DNA of 64,000 nt from contig MU061814.1 in the NCBI GenBank assembly GCA_013265495.1, forward strand, positions 4,322,759-4,386,758, read 5' to 3'. The position numbers were made by a program, and so were the translations under genes. This document shows, piece after piece, positions 36,060 through 48,608 of the stretch. The stretch is from Vicugna vicugna. Taxonomy: Eukaryota. The notes below the pieces were generated by a model, which saw only the letters and a list, made by a program, of their open reading frames with translations, made no database searches and had not been told where the DNA came from. Numbering within the stretch: the first letter of the stretch is position 1; every line of letters begins with the position of its first letter.

Positions 36060-38160
36060 CCCAGACCTGGACCGTCCTGTGCCCTGTGGGTCTATGCCGC
36101 CTGCTGACGAACCGCAGCCCTGGTCCCCTCTGCTCTTCCCGGTTGGCTCGTCTCTGAAGGGGAACTCCTGACAGGCCCAAAGCAGTGCAAGACCGGGAGG
36201 TGGGCCTGGGTCAGGGGGTCAGTGGGAAGACCCTTGAAACATACAGGACAGATGGGTGTGCCCACCCCCACTGTGGGCCGAGGCAGGAAGTTGGACCTAG
36301 GCAACAGGGGCTTCCTACCCAGAAGGGGCACCCAGGGTTTGGGAGCTGGGACCCCTGCGCCTTGTTCAGTCTTCACGACCCCCACCCTTCCACTTCTCCC
36401 CTGTAGAACATGGGTGCCAGATGCCCTGTCCCGGCCGGGTGGTGCGGCGGAGCGAGGCGGAGGGGCGCGGGCGCGAGGGGCTCGGGTGCGGCGCGGGGGG
36501 CGCGGCGCCTTTAAGGCCCGCGTCAGGCCGGGCTGCGGGGCGGGGCTTCGGCGGGGCCGCCGCGCCGCTTCACCTGCAGTTCCGAGCGCGAGGAACAGAG
36601 GCGCGGGCGGCTGTGAGGCCGGCGGACGCACCGGCCCGAGGGAGCGCGCCGCCGGCCCGACTTGGCCTCGCTCCCGGAGCCCGGCGGCGGTGGCGGCATA
36701 CCGGGGCGCGGCGCGGCGGGGAAGATGACCCGGGGCTCCGGCGTGCTCCTCGTCCTGCTCTCGCTCTCCGGCGCGCTCCGGGTAAGTTGCAGCCACCCGC
36801 CCCGGCCTTTCGGAAGCCCGGGAAGCGCGGGGCCGCCCCCGGAGCTGGCAGGGCGCGCACTCGCCCGGCGGGGCTCTCCGGGGCTGCCCCCGCTGCGCGC
36901 ACCGCTGCATCCAGCCGGCTCCCGCGCTCCGCGAAGCCGCCTGCGGTCGGCAGAAGCGCAGAGCCGCCGGCTTAGCGGGGAGCGGCGGTGCGGAGAGAGG
37001 TGGGAGTGTGGGTGGAGGATGCAGGGAGATCTGCCCGAGGCGGGACTCGCTGAGCATCCCTCAGCCGCCCTAGGTCCGCGGCCGCTGCCCGGAGCTCGGC
37101 TCGCCCGCGCCAGGACAGGCTGCCCGCTAGCGGAGCCGGCGCGCCCTCCATCGCCCGCTCGCCGCGCTCCTCCGGAGTTGGCGAGCCCAGCCCGGGTTGG
37201 GGCTGCAAACGAGGGGAGCTGGCGGCAGCGGACTGGACATCAGGGTGCTGGGGACAACCTGTCTGGCCTCCCCCGCTAGGGGCTGAGTGCTCCTGAAGCG
37301 GCGCCCCCTCCATCCGTGTCCTCTGTGTGCTGGCTGGGACGCCGCTGCGGGTGGGCAGTGAATATGGACCGCGGGGCACCCTCGCCGCCTACTCCCCGAG
37401 GCGTAGGCTGCAGCCGGTGTCCAGCGGGGCCCTCGCCGCGCGGAGCGGGGCCGCGGAGCCAGGCGCCAGGCAGGCGCAGGGTGAGGTGCAGCCGAGAGCG
37501 CGATCCGGGCGCCCGCATTCTTCCTGCGGAGCCCCGCGAGCTCGGTCCCCTGCCCTGCTCTGAGCCCGCTGGGTGCAGGGCCGAGGGGCAGCGTGAGGGC
37601 TGCTCCCGGGGGCGCCCCTGGAGGAAGGCGGAGGGGCGGCGAGAGTTGCAGGAACCCCCTCTCGTGGCCGATCGGCCTCGCTGCTCTTCCCGGGCCGCGC
37701 TGTTGTAACCTCGGAAATAAACAAGTGCCGCGGCCAGAGGCCCGCTCTGAGGACGCGGGGCGCTCCGGTGCGCTCGACCCACGCCCGGGGCGGGTGGAAA
37801 CTTTCCTTGGCGAGTTAGCTTCCCCCGGGCTTCGGTCCTATTTGGAGCTTCGCTCCCGGGGCACGGAACCGCAGCTTGGAGCTTTATCCTAGGAATGACC
37901 CCGCGCCCTGCTCTTCCTCCCCGCGGTGCTTTTTGGTGGGGGAGCCACGTCTGGGCCGGCGTCAGGGTGCCGGGAGCTCCAGGCTGGGGCGGCCTCCGGA
38001 GCCGGAGACGAAGGCAGGCGGGCGGCGGCGCGCTGAGCTGGAGGAGGCGGGCGGCAGCGTGGAAGCGCGTTCCGCTCGGCAGCCCCGCGAAGGCGCGACT
38101 GCAGGGTGCGGGCTGCGCCCCTTCTCCCTGTGATCGCCTGGGAGCGGAGCCGTCTTGCTC
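36060..38160. promoter_or_regulatory. CDH4: CpG island / CDH4 promoter, 5' UTR and first intron
   Basis: Very dense CpG and GC content. GC box GGGGCGGGG 36537-36545, TATA-like TTTAAG 36510-36515, E-box CACCTG 36571-36576. No ATG between ~36540 and the start codon. The exact TSS cannot be determined from sequence. Confidence 0.9.
36725..36781 (+). CDS. CDH4: Cadherin-4 (R-cadherin) coding exon 1, signal peptide MTRGSGVLLVLLSLSGALR
   Basis: ATG at 36725 in good context (gaagATGa, A at -3), then 19 codons and a canonical donor CGG|GTAAGT at 36782 (phase 0). The peptide closely resembles the human CDH4 N-terminus as I recall it (MTAGAGVLLLLLSLSGALR). It lies inside a CpG island. Confidence 0.96.
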
Positions 38161-38969
38161 CCTCTCCTGTCTTGCGGCTGGCTTCCTTGTTGCACATGCA
38201 GTCTCTCCCTCCACTCCCCATCCCTGCACGGTGGACCTGCAGCCTGGGAGGGGGCCCTTGGCCCACCTCCCCCCTTCCCTGCCCTCCTGGTGCCCAGAGC
38301 TCTAGACCTCCCACTGGGCAGGAAAGCCCAGCGTGCTCTGGAGGACAGGACAGGAGGACACCCACCTTTCCCCGTCAGTCAGGGGAGCTCTCTGGCCTGG
38401 TTAGGCTGGAGATGGGGGCTCCAAGAAGTGGAGGAAGAGGACTGGAGGGTGGAAACCTCCCCTGCCTTCCTGCAGCCTCCCTCAGAGCAGAGCTCGGAGC
38501 TGAGTCTCCGAGAACCTGACTTCTTGCTCTGCCCCTCTCCTTCCTCCCTGACCACCACAGGGAGGAGCAGCCTCCTGGTCCACCCCACCCAGCGCCTGGG
38601 CACTGGGGCAGAGGTGAAATGGCCCCTCGCAGGAGCCTGCTGCCTTGGCCTCCCCTCCTCCTCGTCTCCACTGGCTAAGCCCTGGCCCTCCTGCCTCCCC
38701 CTGGACAGTCCTCAGACCTTCCTTTCCTCCATGTGTCAAGGCCCTCAGCCTTGTAGTCAGCTGGCCTGTCCCCTCTGCAGCACCTCCCCCCCTTCAGGAG
38801 GACATGGAGACCACGGGGGCGGACCCTGGGTTACATCTGGGTGGGGCTGTGGCTGATGGAAGTTTGTCATAGCCTGAGACCTTGCAAGCAACAGGCCCTG
38901 CTTAATTTTGGCTGGATGAAATTTCTGTGAACTTTTGTTTGTCCTAACTTCTTTTCATTCCGTTCTCAG
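36782..38969 (+). other. CDH4: CDH4 intron 1 (2188 bp, GT-AG)
   Basis: Canonical splice sites at both ends; joins exons 1 and 2 in frame. Confidence 0.95.
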
Positions 38970-39081
38970 GCCCACAATGGGGATCTTACAGCCAGGGAGA
39001 CCTGCAAGGCGGGATTCTCTGAAGAAGATTACACAGCGTTAATCTCCCAGAATATTCTGGAAGGAGAGAAGGTCCTCAAAG
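38970..39081 (+). CDS. CDH4: Cadherin-4 coding exon 2 (start of prodomain), [37 protein letters not shown] + 1 nt
   Basis: Branch point CTAAC 38944-38948, polypyrimidine tract and CAG acceptor ending 38969; 112-nt exon; donor AAG|GTAAGG at 39082 (phase 1). In frame with exon 1. Matches the recalled CDH4 sequence [36 protein letters not shown]. Confidence 0.97.
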
Positions 39082-42000
39082 GTAAGGCAGATGTGGAGAT
39101 GAAATGGCATTCCGTGCTTTGGATTAGGGAAGCATGGCCACCCATGGAAAAAGAGGCTGGGCTGGCTCTGAGCCAGGCTCTTTGCAAAATGATGGCCCAG
39201 GGGTCAAGGGAGGTAGAGACTGGTCGACCTCATGGCCTTTTGCATCCCAGGTGAATGATTCAGAGTCCTTGTCATTTTCTGAGTGAGGTGAATCATTTCC
39301 TGGGCAACAAATTGGAATTCGGATGCAGCATCACCCAAATAGTGTGCAGAGAGAGACTTTCTTACCAAGTATTTTTGTGTATGAAATTCTGGGTTCTTAA
39401 ATTATGCCTGCTTTGAAATGGATGATAAAGCAGACGATGTTGTTGGGAATGCGGTAAATAAGCCCACAGACGTTCTGTTCACAAATGTGGCGTTCGTTTT
39501 CATCCCCGTCCCACTGACAACACGGAAACACACATGCAGGGGGAACTACCCGTTGGCTCTGCCGTAGCTGCCGGGTGATATCCACGCCTGTGATGGGGAA
39601 GCCACTGACAGCTTCAAAGCTCAAAGGACAAGAGACCACTCTGCAAGTTGATCAGTCTCCCTTTCAAGACAAACTCATTACACTTTGGGTTTGCACGGGA
39701 GGGGAAATGCATCACCTCCTCTTCCTTGAGATTTCAAAGTGGCACCTCAAGTAGCTCGACCACCTGGGCCACGTGCCTTCCATCCCCCACCAGTTTCCCA
39801 GAAGCCACTGCGTTTAACCGATTTCAAAGCGATGGAGGGAACAAACTTTCGCAAAGCATCAAAGCCCCATCTCGGTCTCACGACCAAGCCGTCCTCAGGC
39901 CACTGGCTTTACCCCCAGACTTCTGCTTTAGGAAATAGTTTTCCCTTAAGCTCTGACAACAGATCCTTCATGGGGGTGGGGGCACACTCACACGGGGGGG
40001 GGTCTTTCAGACCCTCTCCTGGAGACAGCTTGTTGACTGACTGTGTGCGACTAATTATATGAATCAGGGTCTTATTTCGCACCAAGTCCAACTTTTCCTA
40101 CTTATTTGTTGTCCCCTGAGTTGACTGTCAAAATAGAGGTTTGCTACTATTGACTCTTTCATTGATTATCAAAACAAAACAAAAACAAAAACAAAAAATA
40201 ACCTCTTGGCAGCTGGCCTAGAGGCAGGATGGCTTTGCTTTATGAGTGGGCGGATATGGGAAGAGCTTTCAAGAGATGCTCTGTTCACTGCACGGTGTGT
40301 GTCATTTTAGAGTTAGAAAGCGTAGACCGTCTTTCAGGATCTGCAGGTTTATGAGAGCTCCTGTGTGCTCAGGAGAAGGCCCGGAAGATTCTCGCAGGCT
40401 CAGGGCGTTGTACTGCCGTTTGCGCATCCGGAGGCTGGCATCCTTGCCACCTCCCTCTGCAGCAGAACCTGATAAGATCTTGGAGGACCAGGCTTACTCA
40501 GAAATTGAAGAAAAAGTGCCTCTGTTTTCATAACGGCAAATGCCACCTACTGCGGAAGAGAATGACAGCTGCTCATGCTTTTCACAGTTAAGTGTGAGGC
40601 TTCTGACTAGCGTCTCCCCCTCTCCTGGTGGGCCGTGGGGGTCCGGGCTGAACCGCCCTCTGCTCTTGGCCCGTGTTGGGTGGGGGGAGCATTGATCTCT
40701 GGCTGGATGCTGATCTGCCCCACATACCCACGTGGTTTTCACCTGGTGGAGGACAAAAAGTCCGTCGTCGTGGGTGAACTTGAACCAGCTCATGGGCTTT
40801 GTGGACGCGAGACTCATATTCTAAGCACTTAACTTACACCCGAGATGAAGCCCAGCCGAACCCTGGTGAAGGGGAAAATCGCAGAATATCTCCCTCCCCC
40901 GTGTGTGCCACCTCCTCGCCTTTCTCAGGGATGGAGCTGTTTTTTTATCTTAGAAACAATTTTACACATCTGGAGGCAAAAGCCAACACTGACATACACT
41001 CGAACCAGGGCAGATAAAAATCTATTTGTGCAGAAAACTTTGCGAAGCACAAGACCACAGTCAAGATGGGTGTGTCAAAAAGAAATGAGTGGCAGAATAC
41101 TTCTGTTCTTCTGGTAGAAATCAGCTTAGATAGTGAATGACTACTCATAATTGAGTTATTCCAACGGAGAGAGCTGAACCTTAATTTGACAAGCAGAGCT
41201 TCACAGAGTCCCCGTTTTATTCCAAGTGCGCCATAAGACACTAACGACTGCCTTGTGGCTCCTTCTCTGCCTGAGTCAGTTCACAGGCAGCCCCAAACAT
41301 CCAGATTCCAGAAGGAGAGACTTGTTACACCGTAATTAACTTGTTTATGATAAATGGATGGAAGAAATGTCGTGGCATTTTGTTTTATGTCTAAATGAAA
41401 AGCGTGTGCATTCTAGAAATTTCACGCTAATTAGGCTTAAAATAGTCTCCCCCGATAGGGTAGCAAATACTGTGGCGAACCTTCTGAATGGCGGAGCCAC
41501 TGTGGGCCGCAGCGCGGGGCGTTTGTGCAGCTGATGCGTCGTTCCAAGGACACCCTGCGTGTTGTGTTTCCTGTCCGCGCACTTTCTAGTGAGCACTCGA
41601 ACATAATTGCATACACTCTCACGCTGTAGTTTTGTTTTCAGGATAAATCACCGATGGCCATGATCACTGGTGCATGGTAATGTCTGAAATAGGATGGTTA
41701 AGCCGTTTTCCTTAGGCTAAAATGGAGCGTTCTCTACACCATAGTTTAGCGTGGGGTAGTGGCTGAGTGGTGTCTTTTTCTCTGCTTTGTAAATAATTAA
41801 CAGTCAGCCCGGCCCAAGGCTGCCTCTGATGCTGATGCACTGACCTGTTCTCTCCTGGCGGGCACAGCTCTGCCAAAACCCAGACCAGCTTGGAGGCAAA
41901 ACCCCACAAGGGTGGGAGAGTGAGGGGTGTCCTGGTGGGAGCTCTTACCTGCCCTCGCTCCTGGAGCAGAGGGTGACGAGTGAGCGGAAATGTCTGCTGG

Positions 42001-42204
42001 GGCAGGAGGATGTGGGGTCTGGACATGGCCCGATGAATTCGGACACTGCAGAAAGAGGAGCTTTGCTTCTGATGACTTCATTTAAAGAGACTGCCTCAGA
42101 AAAGCCTTCCCTCTCACGGTGAGTTTAGGACCATTTTTTGCCCTTAACCACACTCTGATTCCTCACTGGAGAATTTATATTTTCTGGTCAGTCATCTGTC
42201 GTAC

Positions 42205-42305
42205 TTAAACTGCAAGATTCATGAGGCCAGCAGCTCTGTCACTCGGTTTAACATTTAGAATGTTCTTGGCCAGGACGAAACTCAATTAACAGGCTCTTAA
42301 ATGAA
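42205..42305 (+). mobile_element. L2 3' end
   Basis: aaactgcaagattcatgaggccagc...ctcaattaa...ttaaatgaatg. Confidence 0.5.
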
Positions 42306-42805
42306 TGGGGGCTTAATTTGCCTCACATAACAGTGAAGAGATAGGTGGTTGAGGGCTGCAGCAGGAGACAAGCGGCAGCATTTCATGCCTAAATTTCATT
42401 CTTATCATTCTACCATCTTTAGTTTGTCAGTTTATTGCCTCATCATTGCAGACTGGCTGCTGTGGCTCCAGGCATTGCATTTGAGTTCATAGCAAGCAAG
42501 AAAAAGGAGGGAGTGGTAGCACCCTCTGCATCTCTTCCTTGTATCAGGAATGCAAATGCTTTCTCAGAATCCTTGCAGAAGTTCTCATGGGGAGAACTGG
42601 GTCAAATACCACTCCCAGTGGGAAGAGGTAGGGGGAGGGGGTGAGGCTGGGAAGCAGAGAATTGCATAGTCATGTCTGACTTAGGCCTATTATGATCCAT
42701 CACCCAGCAGATGAGAAAATTGCTACTTGGAACAGAATTGAGAGTCTGTTTTAGGAAGGAAGAAGGGAGGAGTGAGTCCCAAGGAGGCAAGCATTGGTGT
42801 TTGCC
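42305..42805 (-). mobile_element. MaLR LTR (MLT1K/L-like)
   Basis: tggctgctgtggctccaggcattgca...ggagaactgggtca...tctgttttaggaaggaagaaggg...gtgtttgcc. Confidence 0.65.
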
Positions 42806-43329
42806 TCGTAGGGTTTCCCCAGCTTCCAGCAGCCCAGCTGAAGCAGAGTAACAGGCAATGCATTGTTGAGTGAATGGCTCATCTGCCACCAAGGCACACA
42901 GAGAGGAATGATTGAGGAGACACCCAATGCACCCAGGTGTCTGGAATCAGCATTTAAGAATTTGCCACAAACTAATGAGTGTGGCCAGAAGTCATGATCT
43001 TGTCTTTACAAGTATGTTGCAAATAGCCTCTTTACCCTCTGTGAAGACGATAACTCTTGCCAGGATGGGAGGCATTGCTGAATGCATGGACCAGATGCCA
43101 ACCAAGTCTGACTGCTCACCCAACACCCAGTGCCATACCTGTCTCGTGGGGTGGTGGGGGTGCAACCAGTATTGTCAACTGAAGTCATGAATGAGCCAGA
43201 AAACACTGACACCGGGATGTTTCTGAGCCCCCTCAGTCAACTCGCAGAGGAGCTGGAGCTGCTGTGAATGTTCAAATAAATGGCACTAATGACAAACCTG
43301 CCAGGTGTGCTGAGAACTGCTGGACACTG

Positions 43330-43800
43330 CAAGTTACTTGTCCAATATCCACTCTCTCCCTCTTCCCTACTAACAAAACCTCTTCTGTCCCGATCCACTT
43401 GGCTCATACTGAGGCCTGTTTAAGATACTCCCACCTCTAGTAGACTCTTACACCAACGTGGCAATATGGCCCCTTTCTGGTCAGCGGGATCTAACTAGGT
43501 TATTCTATAAGATGAGACTTCTAGGAAAGCTTTGTTTTCATTGATAAAGAGGAGCTGACTCAGCTGGCCATGCCTTCTGCCTTTTGCCCTTACCTTTTCC
43601 TCCTGCCTGGAATGTGGGTGTGATGTCTGCGGCTGAGCAGCCATCTTCTGACCATGAGGATGGTGGAGCAGGAACTGGATTCCAGGAATTCTTGAACAAC
43701 TGCAGACCTCTGGATTCATTGTCCCCTAAGAGGTGAGAAAAATAAGGTTAAAATACCACAGTTGAGTTCCTTGTGGCATGTAGCCAAATGCAATCCCTGC
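43330..43800 (+). mobile_element. ERVL/MaLR LTR (MLT1J/LTR16-like)
   Basis: ccaatatccactctc...cttctaggaaagc...tcctgcctggaatgtgggtgtgatg...gcagccatcttctgaccatgagg. Confidence 0.65.
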
Positions 43801-45940
43801 CTTAGCGAAAGCAAGAGCTGTGCACGCTAGCAGGTACCTGTCCATCCCTCTGAAAGCTCAGAGCATGTTTTATACTCTGTCCTGAGCCTCTGCCCATCCT
43901 TTGTTCCCTGGGCCTTGGCCTTACTCTTGCTTTAGTAAACTAGTATCCATGTAGTATCCATGTATCCATCCTTTGTAAATTAGTATCCATGTCCAGCCCG
44001 CTGGATTGCAGAGACCACATCTGGTCACTGGGTAATATTTGTTGAGCAGAGGGAATGAATACTCACCACCACAGACTCTCTTTGGCCAGGATATGGCTGA
44101 ATCATTAAAAATATTAAGTTCATGCTGTCTATTCAATCCGCCATCGCCGGGTGTGAGCTCTCTGCTGGCTGTCTTAGCCCCCCCTTCCAGGAGCCAGGGG
44201 ATTATGCACTGGGAATGTGGGTTTCAACAAAGAAGTGGAGGTGCAGAACTCGGGCCCCAGCGGGGGGCTTTGATCAGCTCTAAGCCAGGACTCCCTTCTC
44301 TTGAAGCCTGAGGAAGCTTCCTTTGAGCACCCAGACCTCCACTGCCTTCTCTTGGGGGTGTCTCAGGGTCCCCTGAGAAGGAGCGTCCAGAGCCCGTGGT
44401 GAAGATGTGGTGGAGACGCAGTGCCCCTCTGACTGTCGTTGGGGGCAGTCCTGCCTTTTCAGGGGCCAGCGTTGTCTGGGGCTTCCCAGCATCCTTTCCC
44501 TGCTGTAATTTTGCCTGGTCCCAGAGTCAAGAGGTTTAGAAAGGGAAGTTTATACACTTAGAAAGTGACTTCTATCAGATAAGAGGTAAGACTCCCGGTG
44601 ACAGAGCACGAAAAGCCTGCTTTATGCGCTGCCCACAGGCCAAGCTCGTGCAGATGGAGGGCCCTGATAGCCGCGTTAAAAACCAAAAGGAGGCCGGGAC
44701 TGCGGCCCCTGGCGCTCAGCCACTGCTGCCTGCTGCCTTCTGCGGGCCTGAGCCTCTGTTTCCAGTGCGGCACTCACCCACCCCACCTCCCCGCAGCCGA
44801 GAGGGAGGTGCTCATGCCTGACCGTCCACACTGGGGCCCGAGGGCGATGGATCACTGGCCTCTCTAACCTCCGGCCCCTCTAACCACCCGGCAGTGACTA
44901 GAAATCCTCATTGCAGAAGATGCACACGCCAGTTAGACGTGAGGGTGATGGGCTCATCTGTGCTGCAGCTTAAAGATTAAGATTTTTGCATTTCAGAAAT
45001 ATGTATTTTAATGGAGTCTTAAGATGAGGAAGTGTGCGACTTTGTGTAATTGTAACACTGAGTTCCGGCCAGACCCTGCCAGCAGGCCCTGCGCACGCCT
45101 CGCGGAATCCTAACTGAAGCCTGTCTGGGGAGGTAACATTGTTGCCGTTCTGTGGATCAGAAACCGATGTGGTTTTGGAGGTTGAGGGATTGGCCTCAAT
45201 GCACGCAGTTCACTCTGTTTCCCCTCTTTGTCCAGACCCAGGCGGTCAGCTCACTGACGGCTGCTGGTCATGTGAATGGAGTTGGTTTCTAGAGCGCTCG
45301 AGTTGTGTGCAGACAGAAGGACACCCAGGTGTCCGGGGCAGCGCCATAAACTCGGCAGTCCTCAGGCACTCACACGTGCAGCTTCTCACCTCGGACGTTT
45401 GCGCTGAACAGAGGCCCAGCGTATCCAGGAGGGCTCAACGGCAGTCGCCGGCCTATGAGGGCCCATTTGAAGTGGGTCCAGACCCGGTGGACACCTTGGG
45501 TTTGCAAAACTGCGCCTGGGATTAGAACAATGCCAATAGGAGTGCTGCCAGCAGGAGCCGTCAGTTCTAGGCATAGCAAACAAACAGTCCCCGAGCAGCA
45601 CTCTCACACGACCTTCAGACTCTGCCCGGGCTGGGGGACACGGCAAAGGGAGAGGCGCCAGGAGTCCAGCCGTCCTGGGAACCTGGGACACGTCGGAGGG
45701 GAGCTGGGTTGAGGCACGTAGGCCACTCCCACTGGGGTACAGAGCCTAGGGGACGTCGATGAGGCTCATGATGAGGGGGCCTGGAAAAGCTGATGGCACT
45801 GGTCTAAAGGAGGCTGCCCACCTGCCCAGGCCGGCTTCCCGGCACCGTCTTCCTGGGGGATGTCCATCTGCAGGGGTCCTTCTGCCTGGGTCTGGGGTCC
45901 CCGTGTTTGCAGGGTCCTCTGAGCCTAGAGTGTCAGGTGC

Positions 45941-45960
45941 TTCTTTCCTTTCTTCCTTTC

Positions 45961-46004
<44 letters not shown>

Positions 46005-46013
46005 CTTTCCTTT
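45941..46013 (+). repeat. Polypyrimidine tract: (CTTT)/(CT)n microsatellite
   Basis: An uninterrupted C/T run including about 15 CT units. Confidence 0.95.
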
Positions 46014-46664
46014 GGAGCGTGGCTAAGTACCGATCACAAACGGAGAGTGGGTGCGGAAGCCAGTGCCCATCTCTTGAAAGAACGTCCCTCTCATTCTGAA
46101 TTTCTGAAGGAACAGTTCTTACTCCTGAGTGAATCCCACCCTGCACAACCCTGAGTGAGCTCCTTTCTGCGAAGAGTGACGAAGTCCTCCCCAGGGTGCT
46201 CTTGTAAAACCTCGCAGTACTTGCTTTTTCTTTGAATCTTCCGAGGGGACTGTGGTATGTTGTAAGATGGGCCAGTAAAAGCATTCACTTCATGTTTAGA
46301 CTCAAGATTTTGGTGACTTTTTGCCTGGGATCTAGGCTGACCTCTCCTGGTGGCCTCTGGTACTGACTCAGGTTGCCTCCCCCAACCCCCACCTCTTTCT
46401 TAAAGGAAAGAGGACAAAACAGAACAAAACCACACTTAATTAGCTCTGCCCAGTGTGTGCTACCAAAGGCCACTTCCCTTGCAGCCTCCATCTGGGCACG
46501 CTGGAGTCTTCTGAGGACCTGGCACACGCTAATGGGCTCACACTTAACGTGCGCTCAGGGCACTTAGAGGCCACACCCCCGTCACCCGGTTGTGTGGAGG
46601 TCTGTCCATAGGACGGTCCTCCTGCCACCCTGCCTTTTCCAAGGAGGGGTTTGCTTAGATTAAG

Positions 46665-47137
46665 GATGGCATTCGTCCCTTAGTGTGGCACAAGCGACTC
46701 GTAAATGCAGCGGCTTAAATGACACAAAGTCACTAGCTTGCTGTTCTGGACGTCAGGACCCAGTGCGGGTCCCCAGGGCTACAGTCCAGGTGTGGGCAGG
46801 CTGGTTCCTCCTGGAGGCTCCGTCTCCCGCCTTTGCAGCTTCTGGAGGCCTCACTGCTTTCCTTGGCTCGTGGCCCCTTCCTCTGTCTTCACGCCAGCAC
46901 TGGCCTCCCCTTCCCGTGCCGTCCTCCACAGTCACATCACCTTCCCTGACCGTCCCTTCTGCTCATAAGGACCTGTGCCGGCACTGGGCCCCTGGATAGT
47001 CCAGGCCCACCTCCCTCCTCACGTCCTGAACTTGAGCACATCTGTGGAGGCCCTTGGCCACGAAGGGGACCCCCAACAGGCCCGCATGGTGGCGGACGGT
47101 GCCCAGACAGTGTGCTCGGCCGTTCCTGGCTGCCATG
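46665..47137 (-). mobile_element. MLT1C/D-like solo LTR
   Basis: gcggcttaaatgacacaaa...ttcctcctggaggctc...cagcttctggaggcc...tccttggctcgtggccccttcctc...ataaggacc...ggatagtccagg...cacatctg. Confidence 0.82.
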
Positions 47138-48180
47138 TGCTGAGGGCCTGCTGCGTCTCGGGCACCATGTCCTGTCCTTCACTCGGCTCCCGTGGGCCCC
47201 CAGCAGTTCAGGTGCGCCCCCCACTTCACAGTGGAGGGGACGGAGGCCCAGATGTGAGTCACAGGTCAGGAAGGCCTACTTGCCACCCTTAGCGGGGCTG
47301 CCATCCCATTTGCCTCATTCCGGGAGCTCCTCTGTCTGCGGTTAGGACTCTGGTTGGCAGCTTCTTCCTGGGTCCTGAGACAGGGGTTTGCCCTTTGGGG
47401 ACTGAAGGGGGAACTGTGGCTGCGAGGCCGGAATCAGCTACCGACTGCGCTGCTCTAACTGCGCCTTATTTGGCTTCACCGCGTTTCTTGCCGACAGCGT
47501 GTGGGGATTTAGGAAGGATTAAGGTAAGCCGCCAGTGACAGATAAATATCCCGGGGCGGGAGAGTGCTGCCCCCCGCCGCGCCAGTGGGAGGACGGTCCT
47601 GCGCAGTAGTTTACCTGCCCTGGGGCGGCTCCGAGAAGCCGCAGGTGCTGAGAGGGGCATTCTCCGCCTGGGACAGGTGCGTTTTCCATTTGCAATACAG
47701 TTTAATTAAGTCCCAGCTGGTGGGGGGACCCCATGTCTGTCCAGGAAGGGCGCCCCCACTCTCCTTGTCTTTGGGTCAGATGGAGATGCTGCGCGCCTCC
47801 CGGGCCCCCATTCAGGAGCTTGCGGTGCACCTGTGTTTGTGCGTCTGACTTGGAGAGGTGTTGGATTTTCATCTTGCACTGGCTTTTGCAGCCCAAATGT
47901 GAATTTGAACACCATCAGTGTTGATCTGCCTGGAAAACCTCAGTGGGCAGGGGTGCTGAGTGTGCCATCCAGCCTTCTCCTTCCAAGGGGAGGGCGGAGA
48001 AACATAGGCTGAGATGCAGGATGGGACGGGGGGCTCCTGGCTGGGGCAGGGAGCACTCGTGAGTGGAGGGGCTTCTCTGGGCCTCGGTTTCCTTGTCTGC
48101 AGAGCAAAGGGGCAGGATGACCAAGTGTGGTCCAGGAAACTGCCGGCCCCAGGGACACGGCTAAACCTTCCCACACCCAC

Positions 48181-48608
48181 TGCAGTGGCTTGGACGGTGG
48201 CCCCAAAAGATACGTCAGCCCAGAACCTGTGCCTGTGACCAACTTTGGAGAAAGGGTCTTTGTGGGTTTCACAGAGTTAAGGATCTCGAGGTGAGACTAT
48301 CCTGGCTTATCCACTGGGCCCTATATCCAATAATGGGTGTCCTTACATGAGGCAGAAGAGGAGACTCAGCCACGTGACCATGGAGGCTGGGCCTGGAGTG
48401 GTGAGGCCACAACCCACAGACGCCTGGGACCCCCAGGAGCTGGAAGAGGCCAACAGGACCCTCTCCTGGAGCCTCTGGAGGGTGCGCAGCCCTGCCGACA
48501 CCTGGATTTCAGACTTCTGGCTCCAGAGATTCCAGAAAGGGAATTTTTGTTATTTTAAGCCACTAAGTTTGTTGTCATTTGTCACAGCAGCCCCAGGACA
48601 CTCAAGTA
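48181..48608 (+). mobile_element. MLT1B-like full-length solo LTR with intact 5-bp target-site duplication
   Basis: Starts TG; contains ggtggccccaaaagata, gttaaggatctcgaggtgaga, gagcctctggaggg..cagccctgccgacacc, ttttaagccactaagtttg; flanked by CCCAC at 48176-48180 and 48609-48613. Confidence 0.9.

Noticed and set aside
36092-37057. 321-aa antisense ORF across the CDH4 promoter, and similar ones at 37276-38229 and 36421-36975
   Set aside because: Ala/Arg/Pro/Gly-rich translations with no recognisable domain; stop codons are simply rare in a CpG island.
36662-37279. 205-aa ORF reading from exon 1 through intron 1
   Set aside because: Only codons up to ...ALR match CDH4. A consensus donor (GTAAGT) follows, and the rest is GC-rich read-through.
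40541-40553. Weaker CTCF-like matches here and at ~13843, ~33751 and ~44257
   Set aside because: Each mismatches a high-information position; such hits are common in GC-rich DNA.
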